A stretch of DNA of 64,000 nt from Macrostomum hystrix (taxonomy: Eukaryota; Animalia; Platyhelminthes), in NCBI GenBank assembly GCA_950097015.1, contig CATNEN010000012.1:3534001-3598000 (forward strand). Direction: 5' to 3'. The first letter of the stretch is position 1. Each line of letters begins with the position of its first letter. This document shows positions 39,285 through 52,939 of the stretch, one piece after another. The position numbers and the translations under genes are program-made. Under the pieces are notes generated by a model. It saw nothing but the letters and a program-made list of their open reading frames with translations, searched no databases and was not told where the DNA came from.

Positions 39285-40905
39285 CTCTGTCCCCAGTCCC
39301 TCAGCCATCACCCCCTGTCCCCAGTCCCTCAGCCATCACCCCCTGTCCCCAGTCCCTCAGACATCACCCCCTGTCCCCAGTCCCTCAGACATCACCCCCT
39401 GTCCCCAGTCCCTAAGCCATCACCCCCTGTCCCCGGTACCTCAGCCATCACCCCCTGTCCCCAGTCCCTCAACCATCACCCCCTGTCCCCAGTACCTCAG
39501 CCATCACCCCCTGTCCCCAGTCCCTCAACCATCACCCCCTGTCCCCAGTCCCTCAGCCATCACCCCCTGTCCCCAGTACCTCAGCCATCACCCCCTGTCC
39601 CCAGTCCCTCAGCCATCACCCCCTGTCCCCAGTACCTCAGCCATCACCCCCTGTCCCCAGTCCCTCAGCCATCACCCCCTGTCCCCGGTACCTCAGCCAT
39701 CACCCCCTGTCCCCAGTCCCTCAACCATCACCCCCTGTCCCCAGTACCTCAGCCATCACCCCCTGTCCCCAGTCCCTCAACCATCACCCCCTGTCCCCAG
39801 TCCCTAAGCCATCACCCCCTGTCCCCAGTACTTCAGCCATCACCCCCTGTCCCCAGTCCCTCAGCCATCACCCCCTGTCCCCAGTACCTCAGCCATCACC
39901 CCCTGTCCCCAGTCCCTCAGCCATCACCCCCTGTCCCCAGTCCCTCAGCCATCACCCCCTGTCCCCAGTACCTCAGCCATCACCCCCTGTCCCCAGTCCC
40001 TCAGCCATCACCCCCTGTCCCCAGTCCCTCAGCCATCACCCCCTGTCCCCAGTACCTCAGCCATCACCCCCTGTCCCCAGTCCCTCAACCATCACCCCCT
40101 GTCCCCAGTCCCTAAGCCATCACCCCCTGTCCCCAGTCCCTCAACCATCAACCCCTGTCCCCAGTCCCTCAGCCATCACCCCCTGTCCCCAGTCCCTCAA
40201 CCATCACCCCCTGTCCCCAGTCCCTCAGCCATCACCCCCTGTCCCCAGTCCCTCAGCCATCACCCCCTGTCCCCAGTACCTCAGCCATCACCCCCTGTCC
40301 CCAGTCCCTCAGCCATCACCCCCTGTCCCCAGTCCCTCAGCCATCACCCCCTGTCCCCAGTACCTCAGCCATCACCCCCTGTCCCCAGTCCCTCAGCCAT
40401 CACCCCCTGTCCCCAGTCCCTCAGCCATCACCCCCTGTCCCCAGTACCTCAGCCATCACCCCCTGTCCCCAGTCCCTCAACCATCACCCCCTGTCCCCAG
40501 TCCCTAAGCCATCACCCCCTGTCCCCAGTCCCTCAACCATCAACCCCTGTCCCCAGTCCCTCAGCCATCACCCCCTGTCCCCAGTCCCTCAACCATCACC
40601 CCCTGTCCCCAGTCCCTCAGCCATCACCCCCTGTCCCCAGTACCTCAGTTATCACCCTGTCCCCAGTCCCTCAGCCATCACCCCCTGTCCCCAGTCCCTC
40701 AGTCATCACCCCCTGTCCCCAGTCCCTCAGCCATCACCCCCTGTCCCCAGTACCTCAGCCATCACCCCCTGTCCCCAGTCCCTCAGCCATCACCCCCTGT
40801 CCCCAGTACCTCAGCCATCACCCCCTGTCCCCAGTCCCTCAGCCATCACCCCCTGTCCCCAGTCCCTCAGTTATCACCCTGTCCCCAGTCCCTCAGCCAT
40901 CACCA
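39285..40905. repeat. 28 bp C-rich minisatellite CCATCACCCCCTGTCCCCAGTCCCTCAG, ~58 copies
   Basis: Direct reading; downstream of the aminopeptidase stop. Confidence 0.97.
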
Positions 40906-41429
40906 TTAACTAATGCCTCGATCGCGCTCTCACAATGAACGTATAATAGCTCGTGTATATTTAATTGACACTGTGGCAGCTGAAAAGCCCCTAAACGTTA
41001 TAAGCAAGAAATCATATTATTTAAGCTTTCCTCAGAATTCAATGCTGCTTTTGCTCTTGCTGTCTACAGCATCAGCCATCTTAAAGTGTGTTTTTTACTT
41101 GAAAATGTGAAATTGTTATTTTTTAACTCGGTCTGTTATATTGATACCTGTCGTAACATTAGTGATTATTTAAATGGATATTTACCTAAACGTTGATAGT
41201 TTCATTAAACTGCTTAAATTTTTTTGTTCAGCTATAAAAAATTATAAATTAACAAAGTTTCTGCAGTTCAAGCAATTCTCTTGTTTGCTGATTATTGATA
41301 AAATATAAGTTAAATGCTCCAATTATTCTACCCTAAGTAAGCTCCCAGGCATCTTAACTGATCTTGTACTGCAACATTTTCAAAGTACCACAAGGGGGTT
41401 CTGAGTCTGATCTGATTTCATCAGCTAAA

Positions 41430-43008
41430 CAAATTGGGGATCAGAGTTCATCAGCTGATTTGGGATCAGAGTTCATCAGCTGATTGGGGATCAGAGTTCA
41501 TCAGCTGATTTGGGATCAGAGTTCATCAGCTGATTGGGGATCAGAGTTCATCAGCTGATTTGGGATCAGAGTTCATCAGCTGATTGGGGATCAGAGTTCA
41601 TCAGCTGATTGGGGATCAGAGATCATCAGCTGATTGGGGATCAGAGTTCATCAGCTGATTGGGGATCAGAGTTCATCAGCTGATTTGGGATCAGAGTTCA
41701 TCAGCTGATTGGGGATCAGAAGTTCATCAGCTGATTGGGGATCAGAGTTCATCAGCTGATTGGGGATCAGAGTTCATCAGCTGATTGGGGATCAGAGTTC
41801 ATCAGCTGATTGGGGATCAGAGTTCATTAGCTGATTGGGGATCAGAGTTCATCAGCTGATTGGGGATCAGAGTTCATCAGCTGATTGGGGATCAGAGTTC
41901 ATTAGCTGATTGGGGATCAGAGTTCATCAGCTGATTGGCGATCAGAGTTCATCAGCTGATTGGGGATCAGAGTTCATCAGCTGATTGGGGATCAGAGTTC
42001 ATCAGCTGATTGGGGATCAGAGTTCATCAGCTGATTGGGGATCAGAGTTCATCAGCTGATTGGGGATCAGAGTTCATCAGCTGATTGGGGATCAGAGTTC
42101 ATCAGCTGATTGGGGATCAGAGTTCATTAGCTGATTGGGGATCAGAGTTCATCAGCTGATTGGGGATCAGAGTTCATCAGCTGATTGGGGATCAGAGTTC
42201 ATTAGCTGATTGGGGATCAGAGTTCATCAGCTGATTGGCGATCAGAGTTCATCAGCTGATTGGGGATCAGAGTTCATCAGCTGATTGGGGATCAGAGTTC
42301 ATTAGCTGATTGGGGATCAGAGTTCATCAGCTGATTGGGGATCAGAGTTCATTAGCTGATTGGGGATCAGAGTTCATCAGCTGATTGGGGATCAGAGTTC
42401 ATCAGCTGATTTGGGATCAGAGTTCTTCAGCTGATTTGGGATCAGAGTTCATCAGCTGATTGGGGATCAGAGTTCATCAGCTGATTGTGGATCAGAGTTC
42501 ATCAGCTGATTGGGGATCAGAGTTCATCAGCTGATTTGGGATCAGAGTTCATCAGCTGATTTGGGATCAGAGTTCATCAGCTGATTGTGGATCAGAGTTC
42601 ATCAGCTGATTGGGGATCAGAGTTCATCAGCTGATTTGGGATCAGAGTTCATCAGCTGATTGTGGATCAGAGTTCATCAGCTGATTTGGGATCAGAGTTC
42701 ATCAGCTGATTGGGGATCAGAGTTCATCAGCTGATTGGGGATCAGAGTTCATTAGCTGATTGGGGATCAGAGTTCATCAGCTGATTGGGGATCAGAGTTC
42801 ATCAGCTGATTGGGGATCAGAGTTCATCAGCTGATTGGGGATCAGAGTTCATCAGCTGATTGGGGATCAGAGTTCATCAGCTGATTGGGGATCAGAGTTC
42901 ATCAGCTGATTGGGGATCAGAGTTCATCAGCTGATTGGGGATCAAAGTCTATCAGCTAATTGGGGATCAGAGTTCATTAGCTGATTGGGGATCAGAGTTC
43001 ATCAGCTC
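41430..43008. repeat. 25 bp minisatellite GGGGATCAGAGTTCATCAGCTGATT, ~63 copies
   Basis: Direct reading. Confidence 0.97.
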
Positions 43009-43126
43009 ATCAATCACTAAAAGTCGAAAGCTCTGGAAGGGAGGAATCGCTGAATATATTCAGCTGTTTGGTTTAAGCAGAGCCTCACAACAAAAGGCAC
43101 CAATCTTAAGTTTCAGGTTCTCTTTA

Positions 43127-43312
43127 TCAATAAAATCTGGCGCGCTTGGCGCCTGTCTGTTTAAAAAGTCGGTCCGTTTCGCGGCTCCTGCCGGCTCCGG
43201 CAACCCCCCGGGAGGCGGCAGCCAGATCCCCTTGTTTGATATCCCCAAAACTCTGGGAATTTTTGTTAGTAATACCCCGGGCGTTTTTAGTTACCGGGAC
43301 AAAAGGCACAAA
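43127..43312 (-). CDS. Putative terminal exon of an unidentified minus-strand gene
   Basis: A strong acceptor (CTTTCCTCCTTCTTCCCCTCGCAG) is followed by 61 codons and TGA; the other two phases stop within 10 codons. Upstream exons are not resolved. Confidence 0.35.
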   Translation of the reverse strand, partial: FVPFVPVTKNARGITNKNSQSFGDIKQGDLAAASRGVAGAGRSRETDRLFKQTGAKRARFY

Positions 43313-43559
43313 CTGCGAGGGAAGAAGGGAGGAAAGCCTCAAAGATGAATCTAGATAGGTAATCGAAAGCCTTTTAATGTTTATAGGATTAGCAGTAGCA
43401 AATCAAACATTTTCTGTTAGCTGCAGATGAACTGTAGAGGCTCATTAGAGATGAACCAGAATTTGGGAGCCGATTCTGCGTGTTAGGACTTTACAGTCAA
43501 ATTTTAATCATCTTAAAGCATTACAAAGCCTTAGAATCAGCTGTGCTTGCCACATAACC

Positions 43560-43772
43560 ATTCACAGCACACATTACAGTACATCACAGCACATCACAGC
43601 ACATCACAGCACATCACAGCACATCACAGCACATCACAGTACATCTCAGAACATTACAGTACATCACAGCACATCACAGTACATCTCAGAACTATACAGC
43701 ACATCACAGCACATCACAGCACATCACAGCACATTACAGCACATTACAGCACATAACAGCACATTACAGCAC
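43560..43772. repeat. 10 bp minisatellite ACATCACAGC
   Basis: Direct reading. Confidence 0.93.
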
Positions 43773-44589
43773 ACCAAAGACTTGAGGCAAACAGTTTAGC
43801 TCCCTAATTGGCGCCTTAGTCATTGTCTGCTTTGGGGTGGGGCTAGCATAGGACAGACTTGGCGGCACCGAACCACTTGCTAATAATAAAAATGGCACGC
43901 GCACTAAGCAATGGAACAAGTGGCCCCTGAGAGACAGACAGTGACACCATCGGACTTCAGAGTTTCCTGACAGGTTTATTTGCTTAATAAGATCCCCAAA
44001 TGGCCTATAGCACCGGCTGTAATCCCTTTCTGGGGAGAAATTGTGTTGGATAAGGTAAGACAACCAGCTAGAGGAATGGGGGGAAAACTTTTTGTAGGCA
44101 TGGTGCGTGTGTGTGCTTAGCTGGGGTTCCTCATAAATCAGTGAAGTCAGGGAGGTCGGCGGCACTCATCTTGATAAGACAGGCGGGTCCTGCTTTGTCT
44201 GGCCCTTCAGTCTGTGTCTGAATGGCCTATTAGCTTTGCAGTTTTATGTCCCATTAAAAGCCGACTTGAGAAACTGGAGACAAAACTCGCTTGGAGGGTC
44301 GGGCTTTGGTGAGTTGTACAAAATCAGCGAAAAGAAATAAAGAAAAAATATTTATTTACTCCGCTTACCGCTTTTCTAGTCCGTTTCATTCCATATCCGT
44401 TACATTTGATATTCGCTACAAACACTCGCCCTATCCCGCCAAATTACATTCCATAAACGAAAAATTCTCCATACCTTTAATTGTATGTCCGTTAAATTTG
44501 CCATTCGTTACTTTTCTCCCGTTACTATCCCTTTCCATTATATTTCCTATTTTTAACATCTTTCATTCGTTACTTTTCATTATTTAAGA

Positions 44590-44870
44590 TTTCACGACTT
44601 GAAGGTCGGGGGTTCGATTCCGAACTACACTGGAATAATTCATTTCCTTTAGCAAGACACTTAAATCTGAACTACTTCGGTTCACTCACCTGCTAAATGG
44701 GTGCCAGCATAGCTGGGGTAATTACTCGTAAGGGTGGGTGTGGCTTACCTCCAGTCCATGGACTGGATAGCGGTACGCAGCCTTCAGGTGCGCCCTACGG
44801 CCAGTGACAGCCGCTGTGCTTAGCGCTTCCAAAAGCTGTGTGTACAGCTGTTCAGTCCATGGACTGTGGA
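44590..44870 (+). mobile_element. tRNA/CORE-type SINE, family B
   Basis: B-box GGTTCGATTCC at 44611, then TTCCTTTAGCAAGACACTTAA...CACTCACCTGCTAAATGGGTGCC (CORE-like), then the palindrome TCCAGTCCATGGACTGGA at 44750 and CAGTCCATGGACTG at 44853. Confidence 0.7.
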
Positions 44871-45839
44871 GACCAGCAAATTTTCTACCCTAGCTAAAGC
44901 TGGTACCATTTTACCAATGGTTGAACTGAATTACCACGAGTTAAGTAAATAAAGTATTCTATCATTTTACCATACTCAACAATTCACACGGCCATTCTGA
45001 GGTATAAGCTCTCAAATTTTATAATATAGCATAAAGAATAGACATTTGAGTCCTTAGACTCATGCATCTTTGTGTTGCCCTTTCTGCCATTTTTACCATT
45101 CCCAAGCAGAAGTGGATTGCTTAGAATTACAGTCAGCCTTAGGTGGTATCGTCATATTTCTGCAGAATCAGCACAATACCTTGATAATTCGAAAGCTGGG
45201 AGTTGGGATGCTTGATAGAAACCTGATAGCTGGGGCGCGAGTGGGATGAGGGCGCGGCTCTTAACCCCACCCCAGCCTCCCCGGGGCTTCATGGCTTCAT
45301 CCGCAGCATCCTAGTATGTGCCAGGAGGAAACCAGCTTCTACTTTGAGACTGATTAGTAGGTGAATTTTAGGCCCTGTCTTGGCCTAGCTCTCTATCAGA
45401 GCTAATGACTAATGAGCCTTCATGTCTTCTTCATTTTGTAGATTTGCCTGTCTATTTGCTTCTGCGAGTGACGCGACACGGATTCGACTCAAGAGAAACA
45501 ATTGTCTCTAGATTATTAATAAGGCCATGACGAACAGGGCGCGTGGTTTCACCCACAGGGTGGGGGAGCGAAACTTGTCAGTCAAGGTTCAGCTATAGGA
45601 TTTATATTATAGCTACTCGTAGTAATGGGATTTAAGATAAGAAATTGGCGTGACTGATGTGCCCGAAGCGCTTTGCTTTCTTTGTTGGCGGCTTTCGGGT
45701 GGCCTGAAGATCCACCGCTTGTTGCCATGTGGCCAACGAGTAACGAGTTTTCCCAGCCCCCAGAGATTGATATTATCAAGTGGCTGAGCGCCACTTTGCA
45801 ATAACATCGGCTGCATAATTGGGTGAACAAATCTTATCA

Positions 45840-46375
<536 letters not shown>

Positions 46376-47024
46376 CTGATTGCTCAAACAGAATCACAAC
46401 TGTACAGTCTCTCAGTGCACAGTGGGTGGCCCAAATTGGTATGTTGGTAATAAAAGTCATTAGTCATGATGTAAACAATAACTTGGAAAATTGACAAAGC
46501 GAAAAAAATTTTATTGCGCAAAGCCAAGTTTAAAATGCGCACTCCAGCTGTATATTTGATTTCCCACGCTCTGTCCCACTAGGAGACAAAGACTGCGCAG
46601 CAGGGACACGGAACACGCGGCATGGTGGCATGCGTGGCCTTCTCAGTAGAGAGCGCCGGAGTTAACGAGGAATCCGACCCATTGTTGACCTAACTACAAA
46701 GAATAGGTGTGCATGGGAGTGTATACGGAAACTGGAAATTAGGCAAGGCAATTCCTACTAAAAATAATCGAAAGCAGAATTTCTAGGAATTTACTCTGCA
46801 AGTCTTTGTTCAAACGGTGCGCGTGGGAAAAATGTTTAAAAAAAGAAGTAATGCACAAAGCTTAGCTAGTTGACCTTGGCACGTGACTTGGCGCGACTCA
46901 ACTTGCGGCTGGACTGGATGCCAGAAAGGTTAAAAAAACTTTTTTGTTTTTAGCTGCTCTACTACTAAAAACTGCACATGAAAGTTTGGATAAATAGCTA
47001 GCGATAATGGTGAAGTTGTGACAG

Positions 47025-47292
47025 GAATTTGGTGACACTAGACCCGCAGCCAGCGTGGAGGCAGTTCTGTCCATTCCACTGACTCCTGAGCACACACGCA
47101 CACAGATACCGTTCGCAGGCACACGCTCACACAGGTCTGTACATCTGCCCTGACTTTCTCATTTCTCATTTCTCATTCTCAACCTTCTCTCCGCGGCTGC
47201 CTCCGAAATGAATGTGGCCTCACCGCGGAATCGAGCTCAGGGACCTTGGTGCGAGAGGCAAATGCGTTAGACCGCTCTGCCCACTCACTCCC
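47025..47292 (-). mobile_element. tRNA-SINE family A copy with an internal deletion
   Basis: The minus strand reads GGGAGTGAGTGGCAGAGCGGTCTAACGC...GAGCTCGATTCCGCGGTGAGGCCACATT...GCTGCGGGTCTAGTGTCACCAAAT. Confidence 0.82.
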
Positions 47293-47743
47293 TTCAATGG
47301 CAAGGGAAACTTAGCCCTATTGGGAGAGTGGTCAAGAGTTCGAATCTCAGCCATAGATTTATTAAAGTTTTAGATTATAGCGAATTTCGAGTTTCATGAA
47401 AGTTTGTTGATTACTGAGCTTATGATATCAGAATATTGGGGATAATGATTAATGAAACTCAAATTTTGCGCAAATGAACCTGCATCCCACATGACCTGGA
47501 ACAGTTCATGGAGATTATTTTATGCAGTTAAACTCCCGCCCCTCCCCCAATATTGCAGCCAATAAGAGCACTCGACTAAAATACCAGCAGCATGATTTCA
47601 TTGGCTATCAGCCGCTGATTGAACACGAATTGCACAGGTGAGAGCCTCCTATGAAATTTATATAGCCAAGAAAAATGTTTAACGTGTTAGAGCGCTTCGT
47701 TCGAAAGAGAAACCGCCTGCTTAGCCGGCTAATTAAACTAATC

Positions 47744-49543
47744 ATGCACCAACAACGAAGCATAGCAACCGTATTGTTCATCGTGCAGCTGCTGCTGCTG
47801 TTGCTGATCGCGGCCAGTGTTAGGCCGCCCTGCCCGGTCCGCCTGCCCTGTCGCTGCACCGATGTTCGCATCAAGTGCGTCCAACCAGACCAGCCCGCAG
47901 CAGTGCGGCACTACCTGGCCAGGGTGCCATACTTTGCTCCGCTGGCCAACCAGCGAGACATCCGGTGGCAGTTCGGCTACCATGAGCTTCGGGTCCGCGG
48001 ACAGGCCATGACCAACCTGAGCCTGCGCTACAACTGGGGCCTGCTGCGAGTGGTCCGGGTCGAGGTCACCGACTCCCTGGTGCGCAGCCTGTCTCCGGAC
48101 GCGTTTCACGGCCTGCACGGCATCGAATCCTTGAACTTGTCTCACAACCTGCTCACCAGCATTGGCCAACGTGAGCTAGAAGGCCTCGTGTCGCTAAGGG
48201 AGCTGGTGCTGCATGGCAACCGAATAAAAATGCTACAGCCGGGAGTGTTCAGGTGCGCTTCGGAGGGACTGCTCGATAATAGGGTTTAGCGCCAAGACTG
48301 AAGGAGTTGGTAGCGTTCAGAAGGACCAAGACTGAAGGAGTTGGTGGCTATCAGAAGGACCAAGACTGAAGGAGTTGGTAGCTATCAGAAGGACCAAGAC
48401 TGAAGGAGTTGGTAGCGTTCAGAAGGACCAAGACTGAAGGAGTTGGTGGCTATCAGAAGGACCAAGACTGAAGGAGTTGGTGGCTATCAGAAGGACTAAG
48501 ACTGAAGGAGTTGGTGGCTATCAGAAGGACCAAGACTGAAGGAGTTGGTAGCTATCAGAAGGGACCAAGGCTGACTTAGACGACTGAAGAAATAAGAAGA
48601 ATAAGAAATAAAGAAGAAAATTCGTAACTGACAGAAGTAAAAAGTAAAATTCTCCTTGTTTGAGCCCCCTAAAAGTCCCAGAGTAGAACATTTGCTGACA
48701 TAGGTCGTTGCTCCGCCGATTTTCATTCGCATGTGCTTAGCGAGACTCCGGGACTGGCTAGACTCTACCTGAGCGAAAATAACCTGGACGAGTTGCCACC
48801 CGACCTCCGCCGCCTGACGGGCCTGACGCATCTTTACCTGCAGCGCAACAACCTCTCGCATCTGCCCGACTTCGCCTTCGATGGCCTTCGCCGGCTCATC
48901 ATCCTGGACCTCGGCGGCCAGAGGCCCGGACTAGACATTCGGCCGTACGCCTTCTGCGGACTGTCGGGCGGCAGGCGAAGGGCAACAATCCGACGGCATC
49001 AGCAGCGGCGGCCTGATGGCTCTGTTCCTTCGCGACAACTGGCTGCCCCGGCTTGACCTGTGCGCCCTGGGACGTGTGCGAACTTTGAGAGGCCTCAACA
49101 TGAGCGGCAGCCGGTTTCCATGCGACTGCCAGGCTGCCAGGCTCATGTCGGCGGCCGCGGGCGACGCTGGCGGCGCCGACTGGGCCGAAATCTACGGCTT
49201 CGCGCCGCGATTCGTCGGCTATAATGTCGGCGCGGCGGCGACGGGTCAACCGGATTGCCTGTCGATTGCCGGCCGTTGCACCCGTGAGGCGTCGGCTTGT
49301 CCGCCTGAGGCCGTCTGTCCGATCCGGACAGCCAGTTCGTCAGTGAAGCCGTCAGCGACTCGCCTAGATCCACAGCTGCCGCTGTCAATCCCGCCAGCTG
49401 GCGCCTTCAGCTGGGACAGTCAGGGCCACCACCGGTGGAAAATTGATAGCAATGACGGGCAGCTGAATGCAGCAGGTGAAGACAGACCGCTGCCGCTGCT
49501 GCTGCTGCTGCCGTTGCTGCTTGTGTTGCTTCTGTTGCGGTAG
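47744..49543 (+). CDS. Extracellular leucine-rich repeat protein (signal peptide, LRRNT, LRRs, LRRCT, hydrophobic C-tail); apparent +1 frameshift near 48967
   Basis: Exon 1 is ~47744 (or 47675)-48252: signal-like VLFIVQLLLLLLIAAS, CPVRLPCRC, IESLNLSHNLLT, LRELVLHGNRIK. Exon 2 starts at 48741: LARLYLSENNL, LTHLYLQRNNL. The frame then shifts to LMALFLRDNWL...LNMSGSRFPCDC, ending PLPLLLLLPLLLVLLLLR*. Confidence 0.85.
48292..48570. repeat. 33-34 bp minisatellite CCAAGACTGAAGGAGTTGGTGGCTATCAGAAGGA
   Basis: Direct reading; inside the LRR gene intron 48253-48740. Confidence 0.95.
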
Positions 49544-50084
49544 CTTGTAAGATTTAATGTAAATTTCTTTGTAAAAGAATGCAAATTGGATAAAACCTTT
49601 GCCAAAATGTACATTGCAAAATGGCTGGAATTTGGCTGTGCTCGCGTCACTTTTGTGAATGTTTTTGTCTCATGCTGTCAAAAATACGTGAACCCACATA
49701 ACACAGAATTGTTATCAATGTCCAGTGCAGCATGATCGTTTCATTCAAGTATTTACGAGTTATTTTGAGGCCTGTGAATTATCGGATGCATCGATTTAAA
49801 GAGCGATTTCATTTTGAGGTAGATTTTTCAACTCCAGAAAACTGCACCATCATTTTTGTAACGTAATATTGCAAAAACTAAGTCTTGTAGACCGTATTGC
49901 AGGCACCAAAAGTGTGGCCGAAACATTTAAATCAATAAAGCAACAACTTAACATAAATTACCTTGCTAAGCAGCAGAAGAAAAAACTGTTTAAGTATGCT
50001 TCTTTCAAGTGACTAGTTTTGCTGGAATTTTTTAAGAAAATGTAGGCCTCCAACAGGCTGAAAATTATTTATCTGGAAATTGTT

Positions 50085-52060
50085 TGGGGATTCTTTGGTG
50101 CTGGGATTCTTTGGTGCTGGGATTCTTTGGTGCTGGGATTCTTTGGTGCTGGGATTCTTTAGTGCTGGGATTCTTTGGTGCTGGGATTCTTTGGTGCTGG
50201 GATTCTTTGGTGCTGGGATTCTTTGGTGCTGGGATACTTTGGTGCTGGGATTCTTTGGTGCTGGGATTCTTTAGTGCTGCGATTCTTTAGTGCTGGGATT
50301 CTTTGGTGCTGGGATTCTTTGGTGCTGGGATTCTTTGGTGCTGGGATTCTTTGGTGCTGGGATTCTTTAGTGCTGGGATTCTTTGGTGCTGGGATTCTTT
50401 GGTGCTGGGATTCTTTGGTGCTGGGATTCTTTGGTGCTGGGATTCTTTGGTGCTGGGATTCTTTGGTGCTGGGATTCTTTGGTGCTGGGATTCTTTGGTG
50501 CTGGGATTCTTTAGTGCTGGGATTCTTTGGTGCTGGGATTCTTTGGTGCTGGGATTCCTTGGTGCTGGGATTCTTTGGTGCTGGGATTCTTTGGTGCTGG
50601 GATTCTTTGGTGCTGGGATTCTTTAGTGCTGGGATTCTTTGGTGCTGGGATTCATTGGTGCTGGGATTCTTTAGTGCTGGAATTCTTTGGTGCTGGGATT
50701 CTTTGGTGCTGGGATTCTTTGGTGCTGGGATTCCTTGGTGCTGGGATTCCTTGGTGCTGGGATTTTTTGGTGCTGGGATTCTTTGGTGCTGGGATTCTTT
50801 AGTGCTGGGATTCTTTGGTGCTGGGATTCTTTGGTGCTGGGATTCTTTGGTGCTGGGATTCTTTGGTGCTGGGATTCTTTGGTGCTGGGATTCTTTGGTG
50901 CTGGGATTCTTTGGGCTGGGATTCTTTGGTGCTGGGATTCTTTGGGCTGGGATTCTTTGGTGCTGGGATTCTTTGGTGCTGGGATTCTTTGGGCTGGGAT
51001 TCTTTGGTGCTGGGATTCTTTGGTGCTGGGATTCTTTGGTGCTGGGATTCTTTGGTGCTGGGATTCTTTGGTGCTGGGATTCTTTGGTGCTGGGATTCTT
51101 TGGTGCTGGGATTCTTTGGTGGTGCTGGGATTCTTTGGTGCTGGGATTCTTTGGTGTTGGGATTCTTTGGTGTTGGGATTCTTTGGTGCTGGGATTCTTT
51201 GGTGCTGGGATTCTTTGGTGCTGGGATACTTTGGTGCTGGGATACTTTGGTGCTGGGATTCTTTGGTGCTGGGATTCTTTGGTGCTGGGATTCTTTGGTG
51301 CTGGGATTCTTTGGTGCTGGGATTCTTTGGTGCTGGGATTCTTTGGTGCTGGGATTCTTTGGTGCTGGGATTCTTTGGTGCTGGGATACTTTGGTGCTGG
51401 GATACTTTGGTGCTGGGATTCTTTGGTGCTGGGATTCTTTGGTGCTGGGATTCTTTGGTGCTGGGATTCTTTGGTCCTGGGATTCTTTGGTGCTGGGATT
51501 CTTTGGTGCTGGGATTCTTTGGTGCTGGGATACTTTGGTGCTGGAATTCTTTGGTGCTGGGATTCTGACATGGGGATTCTCTGGTATGGGGATTCTCTGG
51601 TATGGGGATTCTCTGGTATGGGGATTCTCTGGTATGGGGATTCTCTGGTATGGGGATTTTCTTATTTGAGGATTCTCTGGTATGGGGATTCTCTGACATG
51701 GCGATTCTCTGGTATGGGGATTCTCTGGTATGGGGATTCTCTGGTATGGGGATTCTCTGGTATGGGGATTCTCTGGTATGGGGATTTTCTTATTTGAGGA
51801 TTCTCTGGTATGGGGATTCTCTGACATGGCGATTTTCTGGTATGGGGATTCTCTGACATGGCGATTTTCTGATATGGGGATTCTCTGGTATGGAGATTCT
51901 CTGGTATGGGGATTCTCTGGTATGGGGATTCTCTGGTATGGGGATTTTCTTATTTGAGGATTCTCTGATATGGGATTCTCACTCTCAGGAATGGGATTCT
52001 TTAGTCTGACTAATTCTTTGGAAGGGATTATTCGGTATGGGGACTATTTGGTTTAGGGAT
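50085..52060. repeat. 16 bp minisatellite GGGATTCTTTGGTGCT switching to GGGGATTCTCTGGTAT at ~51570
   Basis: Direct reading. Confidence 0.97.
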
Positions 52061-52939
52061 TCTTTTTTTCGTCTGAAACTTTCGGAGTTACTCACTTTTT
52101 TATTTTGTGACCCAGGACACAGGAGTTTTTTTATATCTTCGCAACAGAATAGTCCGAAACAAGGTCAGATTTCAGTCTAAGCAGAGTAGTTGAATTGGTC
52201 CACAAGCCAAAACATTTTCCCGAGATTGACCCAATATTCCCCGCAAAACTCCCAGAAGAAGAATTTAAAATACCGAAGACAAAAAGCTGCAGGCGGTGGT
52301 GAAAGAAAGCCGAATGAAGGACTAGAGAAGCCCTGCTACAAATAAGACAAGACAATTTGACTCTCTACATTTTCATGCTTATTTGGTCACATTCGCGAGC
52401 GTTAGCAACCAAACAATTAGTTGAATTGTAGCGATTAGCTCTGATTCGCACGGCTGATCACAAATGCGACATTAGCAGTCCACGGCTGTGCCGAAGAGTT
52501 TGTGCAACAATATTCATACTTCGCTACAGTTATTATAGGCTAACATTGTAAGACAATTTCCTGCCTAAAGCAAAGAAAAAAATGCATCGGACAAGACAGA
52601 ACATGTTTTAACTGTAAACGTTGTTCTTTTGCCAAAAAATCTGGACCAAAACAGACTGCATGGCGCAGAGAAAAAGATTACTTTATTATGAAGGTCACCA
52701 ACCAATTTATGGTGAGAATACTATAATTGAAATACATTTACTGATGATTAGAACCAAACATGGATGTCAAATCTACGCTATTAGATCAATGAAACTTTTG
52801 TAAATATGTACTACGAGTAGCAACTATAGCCCCCTTTCGGTGAAGCAGTTCAGTTCTCTTCCAATCTTACCTAGCCAATCAATCCAATGATTTACACCAA
52901 AAATTGCTTTGCTTAGACACTAATTGCTTAAGGGACTAC

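Noticed and set aside
50080-51957. Trp/Gly-rich and Pro/Lys-rich long ORFs; GGGGATTCTC as an NF-kB site
   Set aside because: The ORFs are translations of a 16 bp array. The kB-like word mismatches the GGGRNWYYCC consensus and has no other support.
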